Shown: piece after piece, positions 7,460 through 16,831 of the stretch | Layout of the letters: every line of letters begins with the position of its first letter | Numbering within the stretch: the first letter of the stretch is position 1 | From: Candidatus Omnitrophota bacterium | Lineage (GTDB): Bacteria > Omnitrophota > Gorgyraeia > Velamenicoccales > JABMQK01 | Direction of reading: 5' to 3' | Assembly: GCA_028711115.1 (NCBI GenBank) | Contig: JAQTSV010000001.1 | Span: forward strand, 582,032-646,031 | Length of the DNA: 64,000 nt | Position numbers and translations under genes: made by a program | Notes under the pieces: generated by a model | Database searches by the model: none | What the model was told of the DNA's origin: nothing | Seen by the model: only the letters and a program-made list of their open reading frames with translations

Positions 7460-8408
7460 AAAATTATTATTGTTTTTTGCTGTTGTAATTATTTTAGGTG
7501 TTGCAGGTTTTTATGTAACCAGAATAAAACAGAAAAGCCCTTCAGACGAGATAGTTAGAGAGATTGTGCCGGTTATGGGTTCAATCAAAACCTTTATTTC
7601 TTGTACCGGCACAGTCCTGCCCAAGAACCGCCTGGAAATAAAACCTCCGGTCAACGGCAGGATTGAGGATATTTTAGTCCAGGAAGGCGAAAAGGTAAAG
7701 ACCGGGCAGACTCTGGCGTGGATGAGCTCAACAGAAAGGGCTGCTCTACTGGATGCTGCCAGAGGCAAAGGGGAAGAAGATTTGAAATACTGGGAGGATA
7801 CCTATAAGCCCATACCTTTACTTGCGCCTATTGACGCAGAAGTGATTGTGGCAAAAACGCAGCCCGGCCAGACCATAACCACTGCCGATGCTGTATTGGT
7901 ATTATCAGACCAGCTGATTGTCCGTGCACAGGTCGACGAAACGGATATCGGTAAAATCACACCCGATATGAAAGCAATCATCACTCTGGATGCATATCCC
8001 GATATAAAAATAAATTCTTCTGTTGAACATATCTATTATGAATCAAAAACCGTCAATAATGTAACTATCTATGAAGTCGATTTAACTCCCCGAGAGGCGC
8101 CTGCGTTTTTCCGTTCCGGAATGAATGCCAGTGTGGATTTTATAGAACAGGGCAGAGAAAATGCCTTACTTATTCCTCAAGATGCGGTATCCAAAGATAA
8201 TGATGAAAATTATGTCCTGGTAAAACAGGATAACGGCAAAGAACCGCTGAAGGTAAGCGTTAAATTAGGTATTTCTGACGATAAGAATGTGGAAATCATT
8301 TCTGGTATCAAAGAGAGTGATAGAATAATACTAAAGACAAAAAAATATTCTTTACCCAAAAGCAGCACAACAGGCAGTAATCCTTTTATGCCGAGCCGCA
8401 GAAGATAA
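7449..8408 (+). CDS. macA: Efflux periplasmic adaptor (MacA/HlyD family)
   Basis: N-terminal TM anchor. Lipoyl-like motif (GRIEDILVQEGEKVKTGQTLA) and a beta-barrel region. Overlaps both neighbouring genes. Confidence 0.8.
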   Translation: MRNKKLLLFFAVVIILGVAGFYVTRIKQKSPSDEIVREIVPVMGSIKTFISCTGTVLPKNRLEIKPPVNGRIEDILVQEGEKVKTGQTLAWMSSTERAALLDAARGKGEEDLKYWEDTYKPIPLLAPIDAEVIVAKTQPGQTITTADAVLVLSDQLIVRAQVDETDIGKITPDMKAIITLDAYPDIKINSSVEHIYYESKTVNNVTIYEVDLTPREAPAFFRSGMNASVDFIEQGRENALLIPQDAVSKDNDENYVLVKQDNGKEPLKVSVKLGISDDKNVEIISGIKESDRIILKTKKYSLPKSSTTGSNPFMPSRRR

Positions 8409-10375
8409 TGATCGAATTAAAAAATATATACAAGACCTATCATATGGGCAATGTAGAGGTGAAGGCCCTGCAGGGTGTTTCTCTGAAAATTGCACCCGGG
8501 GAATTTGTGGCGATTATGGGGCCGTCGGGATCGGGAAAATCTACGCTGATGCATGTCTTAGGTTTATTGGACAGGCCGGATAGCGGGGAATATTATTTAG
8601 GAAAGAAAAAGATTAACGAACTTTTGGATGAGGAATTATCCGCGATAAGAAATCGGCTGGCTGGTTTTGTATTTCAGCAGTTTCATCTTTTACCGAGGAT
8701 GACTGCCCTGGAAAACGCAGCGTTACCTTTGATTTATGCAGGGAAGAGGCATTTAAAAGAAAGGGCAAGACAGAAAATTGAGGAAGTCGGTCTTGCGGAT
8801 AGGATGAGCCACAGGCCGAACGAGCTTTCCGGAGGCCAGCAGCAGCGCGTGGCAATTGCGCGTTCATTAGTCAACGACCCTCTGATAATTTTTGCAGATG
8901 AACCCACCGGTAATCTTGATTCCAAAAGCCAGGAAGAGATAATTTCCATTCTGAAAGATTTGAATCAAAAAGGCAAAACCATTATTATGGTTACTCACGA
9001 GAAAGAGGTTGCTGCGTACGCCCGGCGCGTCATTCGTATGCTCGACGGCCGGATTATCTCCGATGAAAAATCAGGAATTCCTGCAAAATATTCCCAGGAA
9101 AACCAAACCGACAAGATAATAGAAGTTGTCTTATCCAAATCCGAAAGAAAAGCCCGGGAGATTGAATTTTGGGATTATCTGCGCCAGGCAGCAGGGGCAA
9201 TGGTATCGCATAAAATGCGCTCATTCTTGTCTATTCTGGGGATATTAATCGGAGTAGCAGCAGTTATCGCTATGCTTGCAGTAGGTCAGGGAGCAAAAGA
9301 ATCAATTGAGAGTCAGCTGGCATCTTTAGGGTCCAATCTTTTATTGGTCAGGCCCGGTTCATCCAGAATGATGGGAGTGGCTTTGCAGGCAGGCACGGTA
9401 ACACGTTTTACATTTCAGGATGTTAGTGCCATAGAAAAACTTTCCGATGAAGTAAAGAGCGTAAGCCCGTCGGTGACAGGCAGAGGCCAGTTAGTCTACG
9501 GAAATAAGAACTGGAATACTCAGATTGAAGGAGTGGGTGTGGATTACGCCTCAATCCGCGCTTCACAACCGGCTGTGGGAAGGTTTATTTCCGAGGATGA
9601 AGTAAAAATGAGAGATAGGGTTGTTTTGCTTGGTACGACGGTGGCCAGGGAACTTTTCGGAGATGCAAATCCTGTCGGCGAAACAATAAAAATAAACCTG
9701 CTTAACTTTAAAGTAATCGGGGTATTGCCTGAGAAAGGCGCGGGTGGTTTTCATGATCAGGACGACACAGTGCTTATTCCCGTTACTACAGCCATGTACA
9801 GAGTCTTGGGAAAAGAATACATTGATTCTATTTATGTGGAAGCGAAAAGTCCTGATTCAATCGATGCAGCGCAAGAGGCCATAACCAATCTTATTATAAA
9901 ACAACATCATCTGGCTAAAGATGAAGAAGATTCATTCCAGATCCGGAATATGTCTGATATTAAGAATGCGCTTGAGGCCACCACGAAAACAATGTCTTTG
10001 TTATTGGGTTCGATTGCCGCCATATCGCTTTTGGTCGGCGGGATCGGCATTATGAATATTATGCTTGTGTCGGTGAGTGAGCGCACGCGCGAAATCGGCC
10101 TGCGCAAGGCAATCGGCGCAACCAATAAAGATATTATGGTGCAATTTCTGATTGAGGCGGTATTAATGTCTTTCATCGGCGGAATATGCGGTGTTTTATT
10201 GGGTAGCGGCATATCTATTCTCATTACTCTTTTTGCCGGATGGACAGTGAGAGTTTCTATGTTTTCTGTAATTCTCGCCACAACATTTTCTTTAATCGTG
10301 GGTATAGTATTCGGACTTTGGCCAGCCCAAAAAGCTTCCCAGCTTGATCCCATCGAAGCATTGAGATACGAATAA
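8408..10375 (+). CDS. macB: MacB-type ABC transporter, fused ATPase and FtsX-like permease
   Basis: Walker [10 protein letters not shown], signature LSGGQQQR, Walker [10 protein letters not shown] large periplasmic domain is followed by the C-terminal FtsX four-TM region. Confidence 0.9.
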   Translation: MIELKNIYKTYHMGNVEVKALQGVSLKIAPGEFVAIMGPSGSGKSTLMHVLGLLDRPDSGEYYLGKKKINELLDEELSAIRNRLAGFVFQQFHLLPRMTALENAALPLIYAGKRHLKERARQKIEEVGLADRMSHRPNELSGGQQQRVAIARSLVNDPLIIFADEPTGNLDSKSQEEIISILKDLNQKGKTIIMVTHEKEVAAYARRVIRMLDGRIISDEKSGIPAKYSQENQTDKIIEVVLSKSERKAREIEFWDYLRQAAGAMVSHKMRSFLSILGILIGVAAVIAMLAVGQGAKESIESQLASLGSNLLLVRPGSSRMMGVALQAGTVTRFTFQDVSAIEKLSDEVKSVSPSVTGRGQLVYGNKNWNTQIEGVGVDYASIRASQPAVGRFISEDEVKMRDRVVLLGTTVARELFGDANPVGETIKINLLNFKVIGVLPEKGAGGFHDQDDTVLIPVTTAMYRVLGKEYIDSIYVEAKSPDSIDAAQEAITNLIIKQHHLAKDEEDSFQIRNMSDIKNALEATTKTMSLLLGSIAAISLLVGGIGIMNIMLVSVSERTREIGLRKAIGATNKDIMVQFLIEAVLMSFIGGICGVLLGSGISILITLFAGWTVRVSMFSVILATTFSLIVGIVFGLWPAQKASQLDPIEALRYE

Positions 10376-10485
10376 ATTCTTTCAGTCTCCTGTCCAATAA
10401 GAAAATTCCTTTCTTGTCCCAGAATATTCACGATAAGTTAAAATATTAAACTGTTACCAAGATTTATTTTTTGTAACGACTGGAA

Positions 10486-10513
10486 TTGCCAATCTTCAGT
10501 TCGCGATTATAAT
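10486..10513 (+). promoter_or_regulatory. Sigma70-like promoter (TTGCCA - 16 nt - TATAAT)
   Basis: TTGCCA at 10486-10491 and TATAAT at 10508-10513, upstream of the polyamine gene pair. Confidence 0.45.
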
Positions 10514-10604
10514 AACAGAAAACGAGAAAAAACTTGCAAACCAATCGAATATTGATTAATATTAATGTAATAAATACGCATTTTTATTAAATAAAAATCC
10601 GATT

Positions 10605-11708
10605 ATGGACTTAGAAACGCCTTATTATCTGATTGACGAACGCAAGTTATTAAAGAACCTCAAGATTATTAAAAAAATCAGGGATTGTTCCGGCGCGAAA
10701 TCTTTATTGGCGCTCAAGTGTTTCTCGACGTGGAGCGTTTTTGGGCTGATGAAAAAATATATGGACGGCACGACTTCAAGTTCCACCTATGAAGCCCGCC
10801 TGGGTTATGAGAAATTCGGCAAAGAAACCCACGCCTATTGCGTAGGTTATTCCAAAGAAGACATAAAAGAAGTCAGCAAATTTTGCGATAAAATTATTTT
10901 TAACTCCATATCGCAATTGAAAATGTTTTATCCTTATGCCAAAAATTGTGAAATTGGATTAAGGATAAATCCTAAAGTAAGTTATTCCCATTTTGATTTA
11001 GCGAATCCTAACCGTAAATTTTCCCGCCTGGGAGTTACAGACAAAAAATCTCTTTCAAAAACACTCTCTCTAATCAGCGGCGTAATGTTTCACTTTAACT
11101 GCGAAAATAATGATTTCAGGAATTTTTCTTTAAATCTTGATTATATAAGCCGTGAATATGGTGATTTGCTTAAGCGTTTGGAATGGGTGAGCCTCGGCGG
11201 CGGAATTTATTTTACCAAAGAAGGTTATCCTTTGGAAAAATTCTGCAAAAAATTAAAGGAATTTAGCAAACGTTTCGGAGTGCAGGTTTATTTAGAGCCC
11301 GGAGAGAGCGCAATCACCGAATCAACGGAATTGGTTACAAAGGTTTTAGACATAGTCCATAACAAAATTGACATCGCCATAGTCGACGCCTCGACCGAAG
11401 CGCACATGCTGGATTTATTGATTTACAGGATAAACGCCAAAATAAAAGATAAAGGCAATGGCCGTTATAAATATATGATTGCCGGTCGTTCTTGCCTGGC
11501 TGGCGATGTATTCGGCACTTATAATTTAAAATCCAAATTGAAAATCGGAAGCATTGTCAAATTTTCCGATGCCGGCGGTTATACTATGGTTAAAAAAAAT
11601 TGGTTTAACGGGCTTAAAATGCCGTCAATCGCGGTGAAGAGGCTAAATGGAAAAATCGATTTGGTGCACAGGTTTAATTACAAAGATTTTATTAATAGTT
11701 TATCGTGA
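10605..11708 (+). CDS. nspC: Carboxynorspermidine/carboxyspermidine decarboxylase
   Basis: N-terminus ETPYYLIDERKLLKNL and an Orn/DAP/Arg-decarboxylase-fold layout typical of NspC. It is paired with the dehydrogenase gene. Confidence 0.85.
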   Translation: MDLETPYYLIDERKLLKNLKIIKKIRDCSGAKSLLALKCFSTWSVFGLMKKYMDGTTSSSTYEARLGYEKFGKETHAYCVGYSKEDIKEVSKFCDKIIFNSISQLKMFYPYAKNCEIGLRINPKVSYSHFDLANPNRKFSRLGVTDKKSLSKTLSLISGVMFHFNCENNDFRNFSLNLDYISREYGDLLKRLEWVSLGGGIYFTKEGYPLEKFCKKLKEFSKRFGVQVYLEPGESAITESTELVTKVLDIVHNKIDIAIVDASTEAHMLDLLIYRINAKIKDKGNGRYKYMIAGRSCLAGDVFGTYNLKSKLKIGSIVKFSDAGGYTMVKKNWFNGLKMPSIAVKRLNGKIDLVHRFNYKDFINSLS

Positions 11709-11741
11709 TAAATTTAGCGATTTAAATTAGGAGGCAAATTA

Positions 11742-12989
11742 ATGAAAAAAAATGTTTTAATCGTTGGGGCGGGTGGCGTTGCCCATGTGGCTTTGCATAA
11801 ATGCGCACAGAATAATGATGTTTTGGGAGACATTTGCATCGCCTCCAGAAAACAGCATAAGTGCGATATGATTATCGAAAGCGTAAAGAAGAAAAATCAC
11901 GCTAAAGATAAAACCAAGAAAATATATTCGCGGCAAATTGATGCTTTAGATATTCCGGCCACAATGAAACTCATAAAAGAAACCAATTCACAGATCGTAA
12001 TAAATCTTGCCCAGGCCTATGTGAATATGTCTTTATTGGAAGCCTGCATAAAAACAGGCGTCGCCTATTTAGACACCGCCATACATGAAGAGCCCAACAA
12101 AGTATGCGAAGACCCGCCGTGGTATGCCAATTATGAATGGAAGCGAAAAGACCGCTGCAAGGAAAACGGAATCACCGCGATTTTGGGCTGCGGGTTTGAC
12201 CCCGGGGTTGTAAACGCCTATTGCGCGCTGGCGGTAAAGCATTATTTCGATAAGATTGATACTATTGATATATTGGATGTCAACGCCGGAAGCCACGGAA
12301 AATATTTTGCCACCAACTTTGACCCGGAAATAAATTTCCGCGAATTCAAAAAGGTCTGGACGTGGATTGACCGAAAGTGGGTGATGGAAAAAGTCCATTC
12401 CATAAAGATGATTTATGATTTTCCCGTCGTAGGCAAAATGCCGGTTTATCTAAACGGCCACGATGAACTCCATTCTTTATCGAAAAATATCGACGCCAAC
12501 AGCATCCGTTTCTGGATGGGTTTTGGCGACCACTATATAAATGTTTTTACTGTACTGACCAACTTAGGTTTAACTTCAGAAAAACCCATTAAAACCGCCG
12601 AAGGCGCTGAAGTGGTTCCTTTGAAAGTCCTGAAAGCCATTCTGCCGGATCCTTCATCGCTTGCCCCCGATTATACCGGAAAAACCTGTATCGGAAATTA
12701 TGTTAAAGGTACAAAAAACGGAAAGAACAGAGAAATCTTTATTTATAATACCTGTGACCACGCCGAATGCTATAAGGAAGTAGAATCGCAGGCAATTTCT
12801 TATACTGCCGGTGTCCCACCTGTAGCCGCTGCCATGCTTATCGCCAAAGGCGACTGGGATGTCAAAACTATGGTTAACGTCGAGGAATTAGATCCTGATC
12901 CTTTTATCGGATTACTTAATAAAATGGGGCTGCCCACAGAAATCGAAGAAAACCCGTCGCCCCTTCCAGCCAGCGAAAGAGTAAAATAA
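11742..12989 (+). CDS. Carboxynorspermidine synthase/dehydrogenase (saccharopine dehydrogenase family)
   Basis: Rossmann motif VLIVGAGGVAHVALHKCAQN...ICIASR. Length and adjacency to nspC fit the alternative (nor)spermidine pathway. Confidence 0.8.
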   Translation: MKKNVLIVGAGGVAHVALHKCAQNNDVLGDICIASRKQHKCDMIIESVKKKNHAKDKTKKIYSRQIDALDIPATMKLIKETNSQIVINLAQAYVNMSLLEACIKTGVAYLDTAIHEEPNKVCEDPPWYANYEWKRKDRCKENGITAILGCGFDPGVVNAYCALAVKHYFDKIDTIDILDVNAGSHGKYFATNFDPEINFREFKKVWTWIDRKWVMEKVHSIKMIYDFPVVGKMPVYLNGHDELHSLSKNIDANSIRFWMGFGDHYINVFTVLTNLGLTSEKPIKTAEGAEVVPLKVLKAILPDPSSLAPDYTGKTCIGNYVKGTKNGKNREIFIYNTCDHAECYKEVESQAISYTAGVPPVAAAMLIAKGDWDVKTMVNVEELDPDPFIGLLNKMGLPTEIEENPSPLPASERVK

Positions 12990-13062
12990 TATATAAAATA
13001 ATTTTTAAAACCTTTGCTATATTAAGTATCCAGCAGGATGGAATGATTATCCTAGAGTTATG

Positions 13063-13090
13063 TTGACAAATTTAAATAAAGTAGTATAAT
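13063..13090 (+). promoter_or_regulatory. Sigma70-like promoter (TTGACA - 16 nt - TATAAT)
   Basis: Consensus hexamers at 13063-13068 and 13085-13090. Confidence 0.5.
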
Positions 13091-13119
13091 ATATTACAGA
13101 AAGATTAGAAAATCTTAAG

Positions 13120-13157
13120 CCGTAGAGGAAGATAGCTAACCTTTACGGATTTTTTTT
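13120..13157 (+). terminator. Intrinsic terminator-like hairpin inside the helicase leader (attenuator or short-RNA end)
   Basis: A 9-bp stem (CCGTAGAGG / CCTTTACGG), an 11-nt loop and a run of eight T. It lies about 25 nt downstream of the predicted transcription start. Confidence 0.55.
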
Positions 13158-13182
13158 CTGTATTATCTGAAAAGGAGCAGCC

Positions 13183-13335
13183 ATTAAACCAGTCAGAACA
13201 TCATGTAAAGGCAGGAAGTGCAGGTATCCGCACTGTAAGCAAATCTTAAGCATCTATAATCATGAAGCTTATTGTCATGTTCATCTTGGTCAGTTGGTTT
13301 CAGGCCACAGGTCTAAAATTTCCAAAACATTATGA
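13183..13335 (+). CDS. Tentative Cys/His-rich mini-protein (about 50 aa) with a non-AUG start, coupled to the helicase gene
   Basis: Stop-to-stop ORF 13171-13335 has no ATG. A perfect SD (AAGGAG, 13172-13177) sits 5 nt before ATT at 13183. The TGA stop overlaps the helicase ATG (ATGA). Sequence contains SCKGRKCRYPHCKQILSIYNHEAYCHVH. Confidence 0.3.
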   Translation: MKPVRTSCKGRKCRYPHCKQILSIYNHEAYCHVHLGQLVSGHRSKISKTL

Positions 13336-14597
13336 TGAATAAATCAGCTAATATAGCTAACGTTCAACAAGTAGCCAGTCAGCCGAATCAGGGTTTTTAC
13401 GGTTTGGGTATTGCACCGAAAATTCTGGATATCCTTGAACGCATAAAATTCAATGTGCCCACGCCGATTCAGCTCAAGGCAATCCCTCTGGCAATTGAAG
13501 GTAAGGATATCATCGGTATTGCGCAGACAGGAACCGGTAAAACCCATTCTTTTGCCATTCCCATGGTGCAGCGCCTGGCGCAAAAAAAAGGTACAGGATT
13601 AGTGCTTGCGCCGACCAGGGAATTGGCTATCCAGATTGACGAGGCTTTCCGGGGAATCGCATATTCATTCGGAATGCGCACTGCCTGTCTTATCGGTGGT
13701 GCTCCGATGCCGCCACAGGTACAGGCGCTGCGTAAAAACCCGCGCATTGTAATTGCCACTCCGGGCAGGCTCCTTGACCACATGAGGCGCTGGAATATTT
13801 TGACTAATGATGTAATAATGCTCGTACTTGATGAAGCAGACCGCATGCTGGATATGGGTTTTGCCCCGCAGATAGAACAGATTTTACGTTTTCTGCCTAA
13901 GGAAAGACAGACCATGCTTTTTTCTGCGACTATTCCCAAAGAGATTATGGCCATCGCCGCTAAATATATGAAACTTCCGGTTTCTGTTGAAATCGCCCCT
14001 TCAGGCACTATCCCGGAACGCGTTACCCAGGAATTATTTATTGTAAAAAAAGATGCCAAGTTGCGGCTTTTGGGAAAATTACTTATGCAATACCACGGCT
14101 CAATTCTTTTGTTCTCCCGCACCAAACATAATGCAAGAAAGATTACGGTAGCAATCAGGAATATGGGCCACAGGGCTGCCGAAATACATTCTGACCGTTC
14201 CCTGAATCAGCGCCGTGAAGCACTGGAAGGCTTTAAATCAGGTAAATATAAAGTGCTGGTTGCTACTGATATTGCTGCCCGAGGGATTGATGTTACCGGA
14301 ATTGAGCTGGTTATTAATTACGACCTTCCCGAAGACACAGAAAATTATGTGCACCGTATCGGCCGCACAGGAAGGGTAGGGCATAAAGGGCATGCAATTT
14401 CTTTTGCCACACCTGACCAGAGCCACGATGTGCGCGACATTGAAAGGCTTATCAGGACGACGCTTCCTATTTCCAGACATCCCGAATTTTCCACGGAACA
14501 ATTTATTCAATCTCCGCATCGGCCTTCATACAGACAATCGAGGCATAATTATGGCCAAAGGCGCAATAATTTCCACAGACATAAGTTTTCCCGTTAA
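13332..14597 (+). CDS. DEAD-box ATP-dependent RNA helicase
   Basis: Q-motif region, AQTGTGKT, DEAD (VLDEADRML), SAT, HRIGRTGR, and a basic C-terminal tail. No SD of its own. Confidence 0.92.
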   Translation: MMNKSANIANVQQVASQPNQGFYGLGIAPKILDILERIKFNVPTPIQLKAIPLAIEGKDIIGIAQTGTGKTHSFAIPMVQRLAQKKGTGLVLAPTRELAIQIDEAFRGIAYSFGMRTACLIGGAPMPPQVQALRKNPRIVIATPGRLLDHMRRWNILTNDVIMLVLDEADRMLDMGFAPQIEQILRFLPKERQTMLFSATIPKEIMAIAAKYMKLPVSVEIAPSGTIPERVTQELFIVKKDAKLRLLGKLLMQYHGSILLFSRTKHNARKITVAIRNMGHRAAEIHSDRSLNQRREALEGFKSGKYKVLVATDIAARGIDVTGIELVINYDLPEDTENYVHRIGRTGRVGHKGHAISFATPDQSHDVRDIERLIRTTLPISRHPEFSTEQFIQSPHRPSYRQSRHNYGQRRNNFHRHKFSR

Positions 14598-14648
14598 AGT
14601 ATTAAGTTAATAAAATCACAAAGTCACTTTTTTGGTTTCATAAAATTC

Positions 14649-14677
14649 TTGATATAATAAGGTAAGCGTTTTATAAT
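14649..14677 (+). promoter_or_regulatory. Sigma70-like promoter (TTGATA - 17 nt - TATAAT)
   Basis: Hexamers at 14649-14654 and 14672-14677. Confidence 0.4.
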
Positions 14678-14720
14678 ACCTGTTATAAAAGTTAAATTCT
14701 ATTCTAAGTCGGAGGTAATC

Positions 14721-15689
14721 ATGGAAAAAATAGCAGAGTTAAAAGCCAACACCTTAAATACCGCGGAATTTATCAATGAAAAGGCGCAGGAAATATCTAG
14801 AACAGTAGGAGACGGCCTTGCCATCAACGCACTTTCCGGCGGAGTGGATTCTTCAGCAGTCACAATGTTAGGCCACAAGGCCTTAGGCGATCGCCTAAAA
14901 ACCTATTTTATAAATAATGGTTTGATGCGCAAAGATGAACCAGAGTCAATTGTTTCCATATTCAAGAAACTGGGCGTAAAGGTGGAAATAGTCGACGCGC
15001 AGGCCAGATTTTTCAAGGCGCTGAGAGGTATTACTGATCCGGAAGAAAAAAGAGAAGCTATCACGCAGACTTTTTACAAAGATGTTTTCGCCAAATTAGT
15101 AAAAGATAGCGGCGCAAAATATCTTTTACAGGGAACAATTCTTACCGATGTAGATGAAACCGTTGCCGGCATCAAAAGACAGCACAATGTCTTTGAACAG
15201 CTTGGCATTGATCCGCAGGAGGCATTTGGTTACAAGATTATCGAACCTTTAGTGCAGTTGCGCAAAGACGGCGTAAGAAAGGTTGCCGAGGCATTAAATC
15301 TGCCCAAATCCATATTTAACCGTATGCCATTTCCCGGCCCAGCATTGTCAGCCAGGGTAATCGGCGAAGTCACGCCGGAAAAAATAAACACAGTGCGAAT
15401 CGCTACTTCCATTGTAGAAGAAGAATTAGCACAAGTATCCGCATTTCAATATATGGCCATTTTACATAACGACAGAGTCACCGGTATGCGTCAGGGAAAA
15501 AGAGATTTCGGCCTGCAGATTGAAATCAGATGCTGGAATAGCATTGATGCCAGAAATGCAAAGCCCACGCAGGTTGCTTACGAAAAACTGGAAAAATTAG
15601 CCAGCCGTATGACAACAGAAGTCCCCGGCGTGGTCAGCGTAACTTATAATATTGCCTCCAAACCGCCGTCAACAATGGAAGCGGTTTAG
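14721..15689 (+). CDS. guaA: GMP synthase ATP-pyrophosphatase subunit/domain only (no glutamine amidotransferase domain)
   Basis: PP-loop SGGVDSSAV. Also DPEEKR, LLQGT, PFPGPALSARV and the C-terminal SKPPSTME, collinear with the GuaA C-terminal half. 322 aa. Confidence 0.75.
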   Translation: MEKIAELKANTLNTAEFINEKAQEISRTVGDGLAINALSGGVDSSAVTMLGHKALGDRLKTYFINNGLMRKDEPESIVSIFKKLGVKVEIVDAQARFFKALRGITDPEEKREAITQTFYKDVFAKLVKDSGAKYLLQGTILTDVDETVAGIKRQHNVFEQLGIDPQEAFGYKIIEPLVQLRKDGVRKVAEALNLPKSIFNRMPFPGPALSARVIGEVTPEKINTVRIATSIVEEELAQVSAFQYMAILHNDRVTGMRQGKRDFGLQIEIRCWNSIDARNAKPTQVAYEKLEKLASRMTTEVPGVVSVTYNIASKPPSTMEAV

Positions 15690-15744
15690 TTTTTCTATAT
15701 TCTTTTCTGCTTTATAAAATCAGAAGGCATATCCAGGCTCGATT

Positions 15745-16353
15745 ATGACCGAAAATATTATTTGGGAAAAATTTGAGCAGTGGACAAAGAACCTCAATCC
15801 TAAACAAGCGCGCATTTCTATTTTTAATCACATCCGCGATATTCCTTATGCTATAGTTCCGCAATTAAGGAATCCCACCAGCGGCCCGGCAGGAATGCTA
15901 GATTTAAACAAAGGTTCATGCCAGCCCAAACACTATCTTTTGGCTATTTTCTTTCAGAAATTAGGTATTCCTGTAAAATACGTAACGTATCCTTTTAAAT
16001 GGAAAGATTCTTCTGTCAATTTCCCCGACCAGATACAGGCGATTATCAATGATTTGCCTTTCGCCTATCATCTCGCCTGTAAGGCCTATATTAAAGAGAA
16101 ATGGATTCTAGTTGATGCCACCTGGGATAAACCTTTAAAAGAAGTCGAATTTCCCGTAAATGAGAATTGGAATGGTGAAAGCGATACCATAAACGCAGTA
16201 CCTGCCTGGGATGAAATTGTTCACCATACCTTGCAGGACCGTATTAGATATGAAGCCGAACAAAGAGGCCGTCAGAGCGAAGAACAGAAGGCCTTATACG
16301 CTGAATTTATCAAAAGGTTAAATTTCTGGTTAGAGAGTGTGAGGAATGACTAA
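15745..16353 (+). CDS. Transglutaminase-like cysteine protease-fold protein
   Basis: Candidate Cys-His-Asp triad in GSCQPKH, YHLACKAY and VDATWD. Confidence 0.65.
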   Translation: MTENIIWEKFEQWTKNLNPKQARISIFNHIRDIPYAIVPQLRNPTSGPAGMLDLNKGSCQPKHYLLAIFFQKLGIPVKYVTYPFKWKDSSVNFPDQIQAIINDLPFAYHLACKAYIKEKWILVDATWDKPLKEVEFPVNENWNGESDTINAVPAWDEIVHHTLQDRIRYEAEQRGRQSEEQKALYAEFIKRLNFWLESVRND

Positions 16354-16365
16354 AAAGGAGACAAT

Positions 16366-16803
16366 ATGTTAGCCAATCAGGGAATAAAGATGCAGATAAA
16401 TGAAGTTGTACAGAAATTTGCTGAGGCGTTTTCCGAAAGAGACGCCAATACACTGCTCGGCCTTTTTGCCGACGATCCGGATGTCACTTTGATAGGTTCT
16501 GGTATTGATGAGGTGAGGGTAGGCATTAAAGAAATTGCCTCCCAGTTTGACCGCGACTGGATGCAGTCCGATGGCATCAAGAGCCAGGTTAAAATCAACA
16601 ATGTCTCTTGTGCCGGCAATGTGGCCTGGACTTTTGGTGAAACCAAAGTGCAGGCAAGAATGCATAATGAGACTGTCTCTTATTATGCGCGTTTTACCGG
16701 AGTTTTTGAAAGGCGTAAAGACAAGTGGCTAATTATGCAGTGGCATATTTCCCTTCCGGCCTATGAGCAGGAGGAAGGCGAATCCTGGCCGGAGAAACGG
16801 TAA
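16366..16803 (+). CDS. SnoaL/NTF2-like fold protein (DUF4440-like)
   Basis: SD (AAGGAG) 5 nt upstream. The pattern FAEAFSERDANTLLGLFADDPDV...RKDKWLIMQWHIS is typical of NTF2-like small proteins. Confidence 0.6.
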   Translation: MLANQGIKMQINEVVQKFAEAFSERDANTLLGLFADDPDVTLIGSGIDEVRVGIKEIASQFDRDWMQSDGIKSQVKINNVSCAGNVAWTFGETKVQARMHNETVSYYARFTGVFERRKDKWLIMQWHISLPAYEQEEGESWPEKR

Positions 16804-16831
16804 ACAACGTCAGGCTTTAAAATAATATCCT

